This document shows positions 39,945-52,589 of a stretch of 64,000 nucleotides of DNA, piece by piece. Each line of letters starts with the position of its first letter. The first letter of the stretch is position 1. The position numbers and the translations under genes are program-made. Below the pieces are notes generated by a model. It was not told the DNA's origin. It worked only from the letters and a program-made list of their open reading frames with translations, and made no database searches. The DNA is from Leucoraja erinacea (Eukaryota): contig NC_073394.1 of assembly GCF_028641065.1 (NCBI RefSeq), forward strand, positions 23,560,001 to 23,624,000, read 5' to 3'.

Positions 39945-40375
39945 TCAGTGAGACCAAGTGCAGGCTTGGCGATCGCTTCGCACAACACCTCCACTCAGTT
40001 CGCAATAACCAACCTGATCTCCCAGTGGCTCAGCACTTCAACTCTTCCTCACATTCCGAATCTGACCTTTCTGTCCTGGGCCTCCTCCATGGCCAGAGTG
40101 AGGCCCACCGTAAATTGGAGGAGCAGCACCTCATATTTCCCTTGGTTTACACCCCAGCGGTATGAACATTGACTTCTCCAATTTCAGATAGTCCCTGCTT
40201 TCTCCTCCCCTTCCCAGCTCTCCCTCAGCCCACTGTCTCCTCCTCTTCCTTTCTTCTTCCCGCCCCCACCCTCACATCAGTCTGAAGAAGGGTCTTGACC
40301 CAAAACGTCGCCTATTTATTTCTCCCCATAGATGCTGCCTCATCCGCTGAGTTTCTCCAGCATTTTTGTCTACCC
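39945..40375 (+). mobile_element. Penelope-like element 3' fragment
   Basis: GIY-YIG C-terminal part (ETKCRLGDRFAQHL...PVAQHFNS...RKLEEQHLIF) followed by the CTGAAGAAGGG..CCCAAAACGTC terminal motif. Confidence 0.85.
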
Positions 40376-41093
40376 ATTCACACAAGTTCTGTTATCCCAC
40401 TTTCCTCATCCACTCCCTACACATTAGGGGGAATTTTACAGAGACAAGTTAATCTACAAAGTCAGTGCGTCTTTGGGATGTGGGAGGAAACCCACACGCT
40501 GGCAGGGAGAATGTGCAAATTCATCACAGACAGTGCCCGAGGACAGGATCGAACACAGATCTCTGGCGTGTGAGGCAGCAAGTCTACCAGCTGTGCCACT
40601 ATATTTTGTTTTTCAACACACAAAAAATTATACATTGATAACTTTGGGTACTAAAAAAAAGAAACCATCCAATTTCAGTCTTAAATCTCTAAGTGACGCT
40701 CTGTCCCCCTTTACAGCTACTGTATGTTTTAATTCAGTTCAAGACTATTAGGCAGCACATTGGCCATAAAGCTGCTGCCTGAAAGTGCCAGAGACCTGGA
40801 ATTGATCCTGAACATGGGTACTGTCTGTATAGAGTTTGCTCCTTTTCCCTTTGATCGCATGGGTTTTCTCCGGGTGCTCTTGTTTCCTTCCACATTCCAA
40901 AGGTGTGCAGGAACCTTTTTCAGACCCAACCCAAAACATAATATTTTCCTTTTGTCCAGAGATTCTGTCTGACCTGTTGAGTTACTCCAGCTTTATGTGT
41001 CCATCTTCAATTTAAACCAGCATCTGCAGTTCCTTCCTACACACACACAATACTATACATATACGATAGAACTTTATTAATCCCAGGAGGGAA

Positions 41094-41126
<33 letters not shown>

Positions 41127-41159
41127 ACGTACGTACACACACACACATTAATATAGTTA

Positions 41160-41840
41160 TATATTCATATATAAATATACACTTTTTTGTTTTCTCGTTT
41201 ATAACATTGTTTACAGAGTACTATGTTTACATATTATGTTGTGCTGCTGCAAGTAAGGATTTCATTGTTCTAACTGGGACGTGAGAGAATAAAACACTCT
41301 TGACTCCTGACTTACGTCGTTAATGTGTGGGATAGAACTAGTGTGCGGGTGATCGGTGGTCGACGTGGACTCGGTGGGCCTGTTTCCACGCTGCATCTTT
41401 AAATTAAACTAAAAACACTAAAACCAGAGGGAGTTTAAAGAAGGGTCTCTACACAAAACGTCACCCAATTTCTTCTATCCAGAGATGCTGGCTGATCCAT
41501 GGAGTCCCCCGCACAATTAAAGCATGGAATAGTCTTCAACCTACCAGTTACCCAACCAGATGCAACTAAAATTAAGGTAGCTCTTTTTTCCCCCCAAGGA
41601 TCCTTTTTCACTTAAGTCCAAGTCAAGAGTCAAGAGAGTTTTATTGTTATGTGTCCCAGGTAGGACAATGAAATTCTTGCTTGCTGCAGCACAACAGAAT
41701 ATGTAAACATAATATAGAACAGGAGATAAAAGTTCAGTGTGTCTATACATCAAAGACCATATATATACACACACAATAAATAAACAAATAAAGTGCAATA
41801 GGCTGTTATTGTTCAGAGTTCGTAGTTTGCTGGTGGACCC
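41160..41840. mobile_element. Two inverted Rex/L2-type retroposon 3' tails
   Basis: 41160-41315 (+) and about 41615-41840 (-) share TATGTTTACATATT..GTTGTGCTGC..CAAG..A.TTTCATTG...AATAAAAC.CTCTTGAC(T)n. Confidence 0.75.
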
Positions 41841-41899
41841 TTCACCACCTCCAGTTTAAATTCCATTTGGAATATTTTTGGAGGACCAGGAAACCACGA

Positions 41900-42377
41900 A
41901 GCAAGAGTTTCTCCAGGGAGTTACTCCAGCTCCAGGGAGTGATTCTGCGTTGGTTTTCAGCTGTCGCGGCGACCGGACAGCAATGGCGTCGATCTCCCAC
42001 AATGCAAAGGGAGGGAGAAAGTGCCCGGTGCCAACCAGTTGTCGTGGCAGTGTGCATGTGCAGGGCGGTCGATGATGTGCTGGCCATGGTTGTGCGCATG
42101 TGCAGGGGGAGGATGTGCAGGCCGTGGCAATGTGCATGTGCACGGCGGCCGGCCGTGCCAGCGGATGAGGAGCAGCGGAGAGTGGAGACCCGGCGGCCTG
42201 GGCACGGATGGTGGGCGGAGACGGAGAGTGACAGATAGAGAGATAGAGAGGGGGGGCCCCGGTCATAGTTGAACGGCAGGTGCTTGCCAAGCCGGGTGAA
42301 ATGGCACGGCTTTTAGGTTGCCCTGCAGGACTTTAGGTGGCCATTGGCACCCGGGCAACCGTTAATTTCGAGCCCTG
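41900..42377. mobile_element. One-ended hAT-like element remnant
   Basis: Right end GTTAATTTCGAGCCCTG; GC-rich interior with GTGGCAnTGTGCATGTGCA repeats; matching left TIR not found. Confidence 0.55.
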
Positions 42378-43264
42378 CTATCAATGAGATGATACAAAGA
42401 CAAGTTGAAAATAAATTCATGTTTATACATTCAAAGACACCAGTTTGCGCTGTTTTACTTGTACTTCAAATGGAAACTGACAATCTCACACCTCATCTCA
42501 ATAAAAACTTGCGAGTTGTTCAACAGACCCAATGTGGTCACCAGTTGCACCAAGAAGACAGTCAATTTATTAAAAATAACACAAAATCATCAGGTTTTTA
42601 TATAATATTGCATAGTGTTTGTGTGAACGTTTAATCCACCGCGTGTGATTTTTTTTTTTAATCCAAAAAAAAAAAAAAAAAAGCTCCCGCCACAAATAGT
42701 TTGTGGCAGAAGCACAAGCAACTATGCAAAGTGCTGGAGGAACTCAACATGTCAGCAGCATCTGTGGATGGTTTGGGCAGGCGACAATTCAGATATGGAG
42801 TTCATGAAAGAACTGCAGATGCTGGAAAATCCAAGGTAGACAAAAGTGCTGGAGAAATTCAGCGGGTGCAGCAGCATCTATGGAGCGAAGGAAATAGGCA
42901 ACGTTTCGGGCCAAAACCCTTCTTCAGAAGGATATGGATCCTTCTTCAAAGTTTTCCTCAAGAGGTTAGTGCTAACCTTTCACCTGGAGTTAAACTTCTA
43001 AATAGGAGTGCTATTTAGTCTAACCCCCATATGGGAAGGTTGAAAGAACCAATTGTACTGATTGGCATTTTAACTATTCAACTGCTGCAGTGTAAATATT
43101 TCAGAAAGGGGTGGGAGGGAACTAATCTTGCCACGGTGGAGCTTTCCAAACTAAATACAACAACGCAAATAAGTGCAACATAAAGCCAGAGAGAAAAGTA
43201 CAAAGTTATATAAAAATTCCAAATCTTCTTCAAGAAATTAAATTCCGTAATCAATTTCTGTGTG

Positions 43265-43850
43265 AGCATGCTCCTTCTGAAATTGTACAGGGCCTGGTGA
43301 GACCACAACTATTGTGTGCAGTTTTGGTCTCCCAATTTGAGGAAGGACATCCTTGCTATTGAGGCAGTGCAGCGTAGGTTCACAAGGTTAATCCCCGGGA
43401 TGGCGGGACTGTCATATAAAGAAAGATTGGAAAGACTGGGCTTGTATTCACTGGAATTTAAAAGGACGAGAGGGAATCTTATAGAAACGTATAAAATTAT
43501 AAAAAGACTGGACAAGCTAGATGTAGGAAAAATGTTCCCGATGTTGGGGGAGACCAGAACCATGGGCCATAGTCTAAGACTAATGGGAAGGCCTTTTAAA
43601 ACTGAGATGAGAAAAATACTTTTTCATCCAGAGAGTTGTGAATTTGTGAAATTCTCTGCCACAGAAGGCAGTAGAGGCCAATTCACTGGATGAATTTAAG
43701 TTAAATACTCTAGGGGCTAGCGGAATCAAGGGATATGAGGAAAAGGCAGGCACGGGTTACTGATTGTGGATGATCAGCCATGAACACAATGAATGGCGGT
43801 GCAGGCTCGAAAGGGCCAAATGGCCTCCTCCTGCACCTAGTTTCTATGTT
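43265..43850 (+). mobile_element. CR1 LINE 3' fragment
   Basis: QFWSPNLRKDILAIEAVQRRFTRLIPGMAGLSYKERLERLGLYSLEFKRTRGNLIETYKI plus a CR1-type 3' UTR. Confidence 0.92.
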
Positions 43851-46734
43851 ACTATAATTTGCACAGAACAAATTGATGTTACTTCTTCTTTCAGACAAAA
43901 CCATCTGTTCCATGTTTCCTTGTGTCAAATTAGCCAAGTCTAAGCTTCATATGGAACCTGCTGGTTTGACCATGATCACAGATGCATCCAATTGAAGTTG
44001 TACATTCTGGTTATTGCAAGGAGATAATGACAGGGACTAGGAATTTTGCATATGATAGTTAAGTCATCAACAAAATCTATATTGAAGGACAAATTACCCT
44101 CTAACAAAGAAGTTATTTAAATTTATGAAAGCATGAGGATGCTATTTGACCCCCTGAGTCAATTCCACCATTCATCAGCAAGGTTGACCTCTCATCCAAA
44201 AGCCATTTTCCTGCATTATCTGATTCACTTAAAATACAGAAATCTAACAATTTTTGTTTTTAACTCAATGACAGAGTCTCCCCTGGGGTAGAGAATTCTA
44301 GCTTCCCCATCCTCTGAGTGAAGAAATGTATCTTCATCTCAGTCTTAAATGTCCGATGCCTTATTTTAAAGCTGTAAGCCATGGCTCTAGCCTCCTTTGC
44401 CATAGAAACATGCTCCAGTTCATTGAACCCTGTAACAATTTTGTAAGTTTCAACAAAAGCACCCTTCATTCTTCCAAACTCATACGTCTTCACGAATAGC
44501 ACAGTTTTGCAACAATTAATGTTGGTGTCTCATTCAGCGAACTGGGTTCAATTCTGATATCTGGCACTGTCAGTGTGAAATTTGCACATTCACCCTGCAC
44601 TCTTATAGGTTTCCCCTGGGTCCTCCTACATTCCAAAGACGTGCTGGTTGGTTAGGTTACCCTCAATGTAGTAAGTGGCAGGAAAATCAGAATGATGAAC
44701 AATTGAGAAAAAATGAGGAACAGGAAATCAGAGGGGGAATGGAATTGATGGAATTACTCTGCAAGCTGACATTGACTCAGAGTCAAATGATCCAATTCTA
44801 TACCTTAAGAAAAACGAGATTATTTGAGATTTAAGGAAGCAATATCTGCTAAGAGGACCTAAAGTAAATTAGAAATCAATGTGGGTTTGAGGAATATCCA
44901 GTTCAAGAAAAATTGCTAACTCCAGGTTGATTTCTAATAGGAATGGAAACTTTGAAATTAATCTACCAAAAACCTCAGAAAACCACAATTAAATTACATA
45001 AAATGAAAATACAGTAAAAGGCCAAAACCTCAAAGAAAAACGGAAAATGTCATCGATATTCAGCAGTTCACACGCCATCTGTGGAGGTGCAGGGAAATCC
45101 CAAATACCATCTAATATAAAAATATAATTGAGAATGTTCAATATTAACTACCACTACTTCCTGCACAAACCACAAACATTTATAGCAACCTGTGGTTAGG
45201 GTACAAACACCAAGAATGAAAACATTTTTTAAAAAATGCAATCATACCACCCCAGTTCCGCCTGATATTTAATAAGGAAACACAACACATGGTATTGGAT
45301 CTATAAAAGCAAGATGATCTTCGGTTTAATCCATGTTTAATAGCGAGTTTACTAGTCACAAGTAAGGAGGGTAACATAATAAGATATTCTGGGGAAAGAA
45401 GAAAAATCTGATAGGAGTCCCAATTTTCTGAAAATGGATAGCTGGAGTAACTGAGCAGGTCAGGCAACATCCCTGGAGAACATGGATGGGCGACAAATGA
45501 CTGTTATCTGATCGCTCCAGCGATCCCTTTGCCATTCAAAGTAGACAGTATAAATCAGTAATGGATGTATGACCAACTAATACATACATTACTCACATAT
45601 CTGATTGTAAAAGCACAAATTAATGCCAAATTAAATTTTAAAATATCAAAAATAATTTAGCAAATTCCATTTGATTAATGAGATTACTATTTTAAATTCA
45701 TAGTTATTTTCTAATCTAGTTTATAAAAGCCAAATGTATCAGAAATTTAAGTTGCAGAGTTGCACTTAATGGAAATTAGAATCCCAAATGAGGGAGATAA
45801 TAATAAGAATGGATTCAAAAATGGGGTTAGAGGAAGTTTGTTCACACCAAAAGCACCAGCAAATAGCGAACCTTATTTCTCTGCTGTAAATTCATGGCAA
45901 TTATACTAATATTTATTAAGATTTCGTAAAAATGTTTTATCTAGCATCCTTTTAAGAAAGCACGGTATATATATAAAATAAATTAGAAATTAATCAATAT
46001 TCAAAATAAAAGTTCCTGAATATTCAGCTACAAGTACATTTTCCACCTGCAACTCCATCAGAATCAACCTAGGATAGCAGTATGAAATTGCCTTTACTAA
46101 GAAAAAGTGTAAAATTTGACACTTGGAAAATTGAAGTTTGACACACACAATTATTTTGTAAATGATTTGTACATATTTGCTGTAAAGACCAATTTATGCT
46201 CACAATCTAGAATAGCATGCAAGTAGTGCCACATTATCATATAAGTTATTTTGGTGGTTAAGTGTTCATCCAATGCTGTCCTGGGCAGATAAACGATCCA
46301 ATGGCATTATTTTGAAAAACAGCGAGAGTTATCATGTTTCTAGCCACTATCCATCCCTCATTCAACAACATCAAAAACAGATTAGCTGGTGATTATCTCA
46401 TGCATGCTTGTGGAGCACAAGTTGACTACCTACAGAATTTCATTGTTCTGTTTTAGGATGTATGACAATAAAACATTCTTGACTTCTTCAGTGACTAGAT
46501 TTCAATAAACACTTCACAGACTATAAAATACTTTGGGAAATTCAAAAAGGATATGAAAGGTTCTATGTAAATGCAAGTCGTTCTTTAACTAACAGAGCTT
46601 TCAAGCTCAGGAGAATGCAAGAGAATGGGGTTGAGAGGGAAAGATAGATCAGCTACGATTGAATGGCAGAGTAGACTTGATGGGCCAAATGGCCTAATTA
46701 CACTCCTATAACATTGGAACTTACGATGCCTAAA

Positions 46735-47480
46735 ACGATGGAGACACAAGACAGCAGGTGCTGCAGATGGGAGCAAAAAACAAACCAGAAGAACTTAGCG
46801 GGTCAGGCAGTTTCTGTGGAGGGAAATGGACAGTAAACACTTTAGGTCTTGATGGAAGATTGGATGGAGGATTGCTGGAGGTGAGAGGCTGGGACAAGAG
46901 CTGGCATGCACTATGTGGATGCAGGTGATGATGCGTGGATTGGTGGATGGAATCAGGTTTGAGATCTGTGGAGATAGAGACAGAGGCTGGGAGGTGATTG
47001 GTGGAGTTAACAAGTTGCTGCAGTTGATGGAATATGATGGGAAAGAAAGGTGCAGTGAGTGACCAAATCTGAGAGGTGAGGTGGGAGGAGAGATCGGGGG
47101 GGTGGGGGGTCTGATGGACAAATGGAGTGGATAGAGAAAAAGCCAAGGATCAGGGTGAATGTGGAAAAGAAGGGAATGTGTGGATCGGGTTAACGAAGGA
47201 GAGAGAAAGGGCCTAAGGGCAAGCAAGTTACCTGAAATTAGTGCATTCAAAGTTTGATGAGATTTATGTTATAGACGACCCAGGAGGAACATGAAGTGCT
47301 GTTCCTCTGGTTTGCATTTGGCCTCATCCTGGCAGCGGAGGAGGCCAAGAAAAGACAGGCTGGTATGGGAGTGGGGAGGGGAATCAAAATGGCTAGCGAC
47401 TGGGTATTCCAGGTGCCCATCGCAGACGGAGCGCAGATGCTCAATCTGCGTTTGGTCTCACTGATGAGATGAAGCCTTGT
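46735..47480 (-). mobile_element. Penelope-like element 3' fragment (degraded)
   Basis: ISETKRRL.. GIY-YIG remnant, CT-rich spacer and the shared terminal repeat on the minus strand. Confidence 0.7.
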
Positions 47481-47489
47481 ACATTCTAC

Positions 47490-48330
47490 CTTTCGTGCGG
47501 CGGCGCAACTCACATTGCAGTGGTCCCTACAGCCTGTCTGTCTTTTTTTAATTTTTTTGTCTAGTTAAATGTTGTTGTTAGTGGGTTTTTTTTAATACTG
47601 TTTTTAACTGTGTACATGTGGGGGGGCGGGGGGTGGGGGGAGGGGGAAACTGTTCTTGTCTGGCCTCCGTAGTCGTTGGGGCCTAGCACCGTGGAGTGGC
47701 CTCCAACAGGAACAACCTGGGGGGCTCCAGTCGCGGAGCCTGCGGACTTACCATCGTGGGGCTGGCCAGCTTTGGAGCGTGGGGAGCGGTGGTGGCTCGC
47801 GCTGCTGCGGCCCTACTCCGGAGCTCGGAAGCTCCAACTGCAGACCTGTGGACTTATGACATCGGGAGCTCGCGGGTCCGGCAGGAGACCGCTTTTCAGA
47901 GCTCCCGCAACGCGACTTCTCCCGCCTGTGTCGCGGGGTTGCAACGACCCGGAGCGGGGCCGTACATCGCCTGGCGAGGATTTAATGGCCGCGGAACATT
48001 CCAGCACCCGCTGGGGGCTCCAACTTTGTGACTTTTGGGCCTGGAGCGGGGCCGTACATCGCCCGGCGCGGCCTTAAATGGCCGTGGAACTTACCATCGC
48101 CCGCCTGGGGCTTCGACATCGGGAGAGAAATGGTGCAGGGGAGAGAAAAGACTTTGCCTTCCATCACAGTGAGGAGGAGATTCACTGTGATGGATGTTTG
48201 TGTAAATTGAATTGTTTGTATGTCTTGTAGGAATTGTCTTTGTTTGTATGGCTGTAGAAACCGAGTTTCGTTTGAGCCTCATTGAGGTTCAAACAACATG
48301 GAATAAAATATTGTATATTGTATTGTATTT
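47490..48330 (+). mobile_element. GC-rich non-autonomous retroposon with Rex-type tail
   Basis: Internal repeat GGAGCGGGGCCGTACATCGCC twice; 3' tail CCATCACAGTGAGGAGG...CACTGTGATGGATGT...AATAAA plus (TATTG)n; related copy at about 59980-60330 (-) with a pentamer microsatellite tail. Confidence 0.75.
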
Positions 48331-49139
48331 CAGCAACATCCATAACACTAGGTTGTCCAACAGGCATGATCAGAAAAAAAGCTACTTCTCTGGGTTAATA
48401 AAATGTAGATTGGAGTCAAGAGTCAAGAACAATTTGCCCTTGCTGCCTGGCCAGCTGTGCCCTGAGATTATATTTCCAACGTAATTTGTCCTATTGGAAT
48501 ATTAAGTGGCTGGAAATTTGGAACAAGCTGTTGTTAATTGGCAGACAAATCGTAAATTTGAACACCAAGATGTGTTAATACCGGTAACTTTAGATATATA
48601 AAAGTTAATTGGAAGATGAATTAAATTGTATCTGGCCCCTAGGTCTCCATGATACATTTGTCTATCTATTCGTAGCCCAAGAATTTTTAAGCTAGGATCC
48701 ACGTGCCGTGGACAACTGAAACAACTCTTAAGATGGCTTCACCTTAAAATAAATGTGGTCATACACACATTTCATGCTCTTATTCAGATTTCCTGCTGAG
48801 AAAACAGCTGCAGACTACAGTCTTAATTTATATTTCAATTAATGCAAGTCGTAGGAACACAGCAACATGGAGAACTGGAGGAAAAAATCTGCAATTCATT
48901 TGGCTGATCCTTGAAAATTAAAAAAGTTAACAAGCCTTTCTGTTATTGTTTCTCTCATCATGGAATTGTAAAATTTGTATCTAAATGAATGTTATTTGCT
49001 TTTACTGTCCCTTGAGAGCAAAATATTTTTAAATACAAACCAATTTGTTAACAAAAATTATTGAGAATGGATTAGGGTAAATGTAATTTATGCACATTCA
49101 TAACATCATGTTCTACCTACAATCTTACTTCAGCAAAAC

Positions 49140-50210
49140 ACAAAGTGCTGGAGGAACTAAGTGGGTCAAGCAACATCTGTGGGGGAGAAATGGCAGATGA
49201 CATTTCGGATTCAGAACCCATGTTCAAACTGACAGGAGTAGGGGGAAGGAGAATCTGGAAAGAAAAGGTGGGGTGGGACAAAGCCTGGCAAGTGATAAGT
49301 GGATACAGGCGAGGGGTGACGGGCAGATGGGTGGAGTAAGTGACAAGGTATGAAAAGGAGAAGAAAATGTGTCAGATAATGAGAGAAGAGGTTTGCAATG
49401 TAAAGCCAGCAAGAGGGATTTGGATAGAAGGGAACGGGGAGGGAAAAGGTGGGAGAGCAAAAGGGAGATGGGGCAATAAAAGGGAAATGGGTGGGGTGGC
49501 ACATGTGAAGGTGTGGAAAGGAACGGGGTAACTGGAGGGATGGTAGATGGTGCGTGCATTGGGGTGGATACGGGGGAGGAAAGACCAGGTGCAGTTTGAA
49601 AGAGTATACCTTAAAATTGGAGAAATCAAAGTGTACACCATGGGATTGTAAGTTACTGAAGCAGAATATGACGTGCTGTTTCTAGAATTTGCATGTGGCC
49701 TCACACTGACAATGGAGGAGCCAAGGACAGGACGGTAAGGGGAAGGGGAGGTAAAATAGACTGGCAGGCCTTGGTGGACAGAATGCACGTGTTTGGCAAA
49801 ACAGTAACCCAGTCTGTGCTTGGTCTCACTGATGGAAAGGAGGTCATACCAGGAACACTGAATGCAACAGATGTGTTTGGAAGTGGTGCATGCCACTTGA
49901 AAGGTCTCACCTGAAAAGGCTGCTGAGTAAGTGAGAAAGGAAGTTTAGGGACCAGTGTTACATCTGCTGCGGTTGTCGGGGAAACTACTTGGGGAGGAGG
50001 TGGTGTGGGTGGGAAGAGATGAGCGAACCAAGCTGGTACAGAGGGAGTGGTCTCTACGGAAAGTAGAAAGGGGTGGTGACGGGAAGATTTGACTGGTGGT
50101 GGAATCACATTGAAGATGGCAGAAATGTCAAAGAAAGATGTGTTGGATACAAAAGCTGATGGGGTGAAAGGTAAAGACCAGGGGAACTCTGGCAAGGGGA
50201 ACTCTATCCT
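49140..50210 (-). mobile_element. Penelope-like element fragment
   Basis: GIY-YIG remnant (ICCIQCS..LLSISETKHRLG..FAKH) and the shared terminal repeat. Confidence 0.8.
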
Positions 50211-51453
50211 TGTTACAATCCTACTTTCAAGGGATCAGTATACAAAGACACCTCATCAATGAAGTACTACCAACATTCACACTGCCACTCAGCAGCTACT
50301 TTCATGGCACCTACCAGACCGCCCTCAACCTGCCATCTTTCGCCATAATTTTTCCATGTGCAGAAGATCAGATGAGTTGATTTCCCCCATCCAAAAGGTG
50401 GGTGGCATTGTTGAAATGCTGCCATACCATGAGCAGACCTCAAGCTGCCTATCCTATGACAAGCTGGTTGTCAAAGGCTTCTTAGGATTACTTTTAAATC
50501 TTTTGAAAAAAAAAACTTATTCAAACCCATTTATTTGAAAAAAGAAAAAATAGAAGCACATTAAAACACAAATCAAAAAGCTGATGTATAATAAAGTAGA
50601 GCAAAATAATTTTTCACCAGCATCTATCTTTTGCCAGTGTTTTCAACTGGTTCAACATAGAGTTGCCATTTGTACACTTGTCCTTTCTGCAGAGAAGTGT
50701 AGATGCTGGTTTAATTCGTAGACACAAACTAGTCGAGTAACCCAGCGGGACAGGCAGTATTTCTGGAGAAAAGGAATGGGTGACGTTTCGGGTCGAGGCT
50801 CTTCTTCAGACTGATCAATTAAGGATAAGTTTGCTGCACTACAAACGTGCTGCCAGTCACACAAACAAACTTACCATACTCAACCATATTCAACAAATAC
50901 ACCAGCAAGTAATTTAGATCTTAATTGAGAAGATCTGAACAATTAAAACGTCTTGTTCCTTTTAAACAGTGTTTTTTTTTTGCCAGCACATTATGCTCAC
51001 TTTCAGATTACTGTCATGATTCCCTTATGAAATTGCTTCTTACACGTGCATGCATCATTACTCCACGTCGACCCGCGGCACATTGGAACTCTAAACTTTA
51101 ACTCGTGGATGTTTTCTTTATGTGAAATTATTGACAATAAAATCCAAGGCCAATTCCCATTTTCCGGATTTTTTCAATATAAAAGTGAATTCCTGCGACT
51201 TATTTCACCGTGTATGGGGCTCGCTTCCTCATGGGTCTCGAGACTCGGCTCCAGGCTGGGGTTTTTTTTTTGCCGCTAACGCGGAGCCCGGGAGAGGAAT
51301 CTTCCCCCGGCTCTCGAAATCGAGCCAAGGCCTGGACCGCCAATCTCCACCCCTACCCACTCTCTCCGAGAAATCTAGTAATTATTCTCTCCACTAATAT
51401 TAAACCACGCACCACTTTTATTCCCCCGGTCCGCAGAGCTCGTGTTCACCCAC

Positions 51454-51507
51454 CTGATTAAACTCTTCGTCCGCGTAAATGTCGATTAAGTCGGCTCCCT
51501 CGGCCAT
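51454..51507 (-). CDS. cpsf7: CPSF7 (CFIm59) coding exon 1
   Basis: Translates MAEGADLIDIYADEEFNQ, matching the CPSF7 N-terminus (MSEGVDLIDIYADEEFNQ). Ends CAG|GTGGGT, phase 0. Head-to-head with sdhaf2 as in human. Confidence 0.93.
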
Positions 51508-51844
51508 TCCCCCAGCCGCGCCGCGCCGCGCGAACACGGACAATTAAACGCCCGGACGCCTTTCCGGGACGGACCAAACTGCGCCGGAGCCGCGGACCCA
51601 GTGGTGTGTGACACCGGGGATACTTCCGCCCCGCTTTTGACTCGGTGAATGAAAGATACTGGCGGTGAATGATCTGTCACCGTGTCGCGGGCCCATCCCG
51701 ATCCTCACCATCAGATCCCGGGTGATCGGGGCCGGTCCAGCTGGTCCTCAGATCATCAAACCCTTCCTCCTTGGCCCCTCCAGCACAACGATTTCCGTGC
51801 GTCGCCCCGGGTTGTTAGGCTGCGGGATTACAAGAAGGTGAAGG

Positions 51845-51862
51845 ATGTCGATACTGCGGAAT
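51845..51862 (+). CDS. sdhaf2: SDHAF2 coding exon 1
   Basis: aggATGTCGATACTGCGGAAT|GTGAGT = MSILRN; phase 0, joins exon 2 in frame; lies in the CpG island. Confidence 0.75.
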
Positions 51863-52589
51863 GTGAGTAAAAAGCAGCGGCAAACCAACCAGCTTTCTCC
51901 AATTATAGTCAGTCATACAGATCGGAAACAGGCCCTTCGGACCAACTTGCCGATGCTGACCAAGAAGCCCATCTAACCTAGCTCGTCCCATTCCCATTTG
52001 GCTCATATATCCCACAAAATCGTTGCTTTCCATGTACCTGTCCATATGTCTTTTAAGTGTTACTATAGTACCTGCTTCAACGACCTCCGCCTGCTGCTCG
52101 TTCCATATACCCACCACGCTAGAAAAAGAATGAAAAAAGTTACCGCTCCGATTCCTAATAAATATTTCCCCTATCACCTTAACCCTGTGCCCTCTATCTC
52201 TAATCAACCCCTACCCTGTCTTTCCATTTCTCTTCAGCCAGTATTCAGCTACAATGGGGTATTTTCGATCAATATTCTCCTTAACCTCTATGAAGTGTTT
52301 TGACACTGAAGACTACACAATAATTATATATTCTATATTATACATATATTCCAAACCTCTCCCGAGAGCATCACCCACCCTGCATCTTCATCTCCAATTC
52401 CAAAAGTTCCACCTGAATTGTTCTTTCAGAATCAGTAGACTTGTAGACAAATAACCTCTTCCCTGCTGTATTATTTTATAATTCTGTCATGATAATCTTT
52501 CCTTTATATAGGTGTAATACCTTGTTCGCATTATCTTCCATTATAAAATCTAGTCCTAAATGATTGTGGGTTGTTCCCATCTTAATACC

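Larger units (their letters stand above)
51170..51900. promoter_or_regulatory. CpG-rich bidirectional promoter shared by cpsf7 and sdhaf2
   Basis: Divergent ATGs at 51507 (-) and 51845 (+). High CpG density. ETS/GABP-type ACTTCCG (51622-51628) overlaps a GC box CCGCCCC (51626-51632). No obvious TATA box. Confidence 0.85.

Noticed and set aside
5842-51507. Calling the gene cpsf6
   Set aside because: The N-terminal signature, the single proline-rich exon and the head-to-head linkage with sdhaf2 favour cpsf7.
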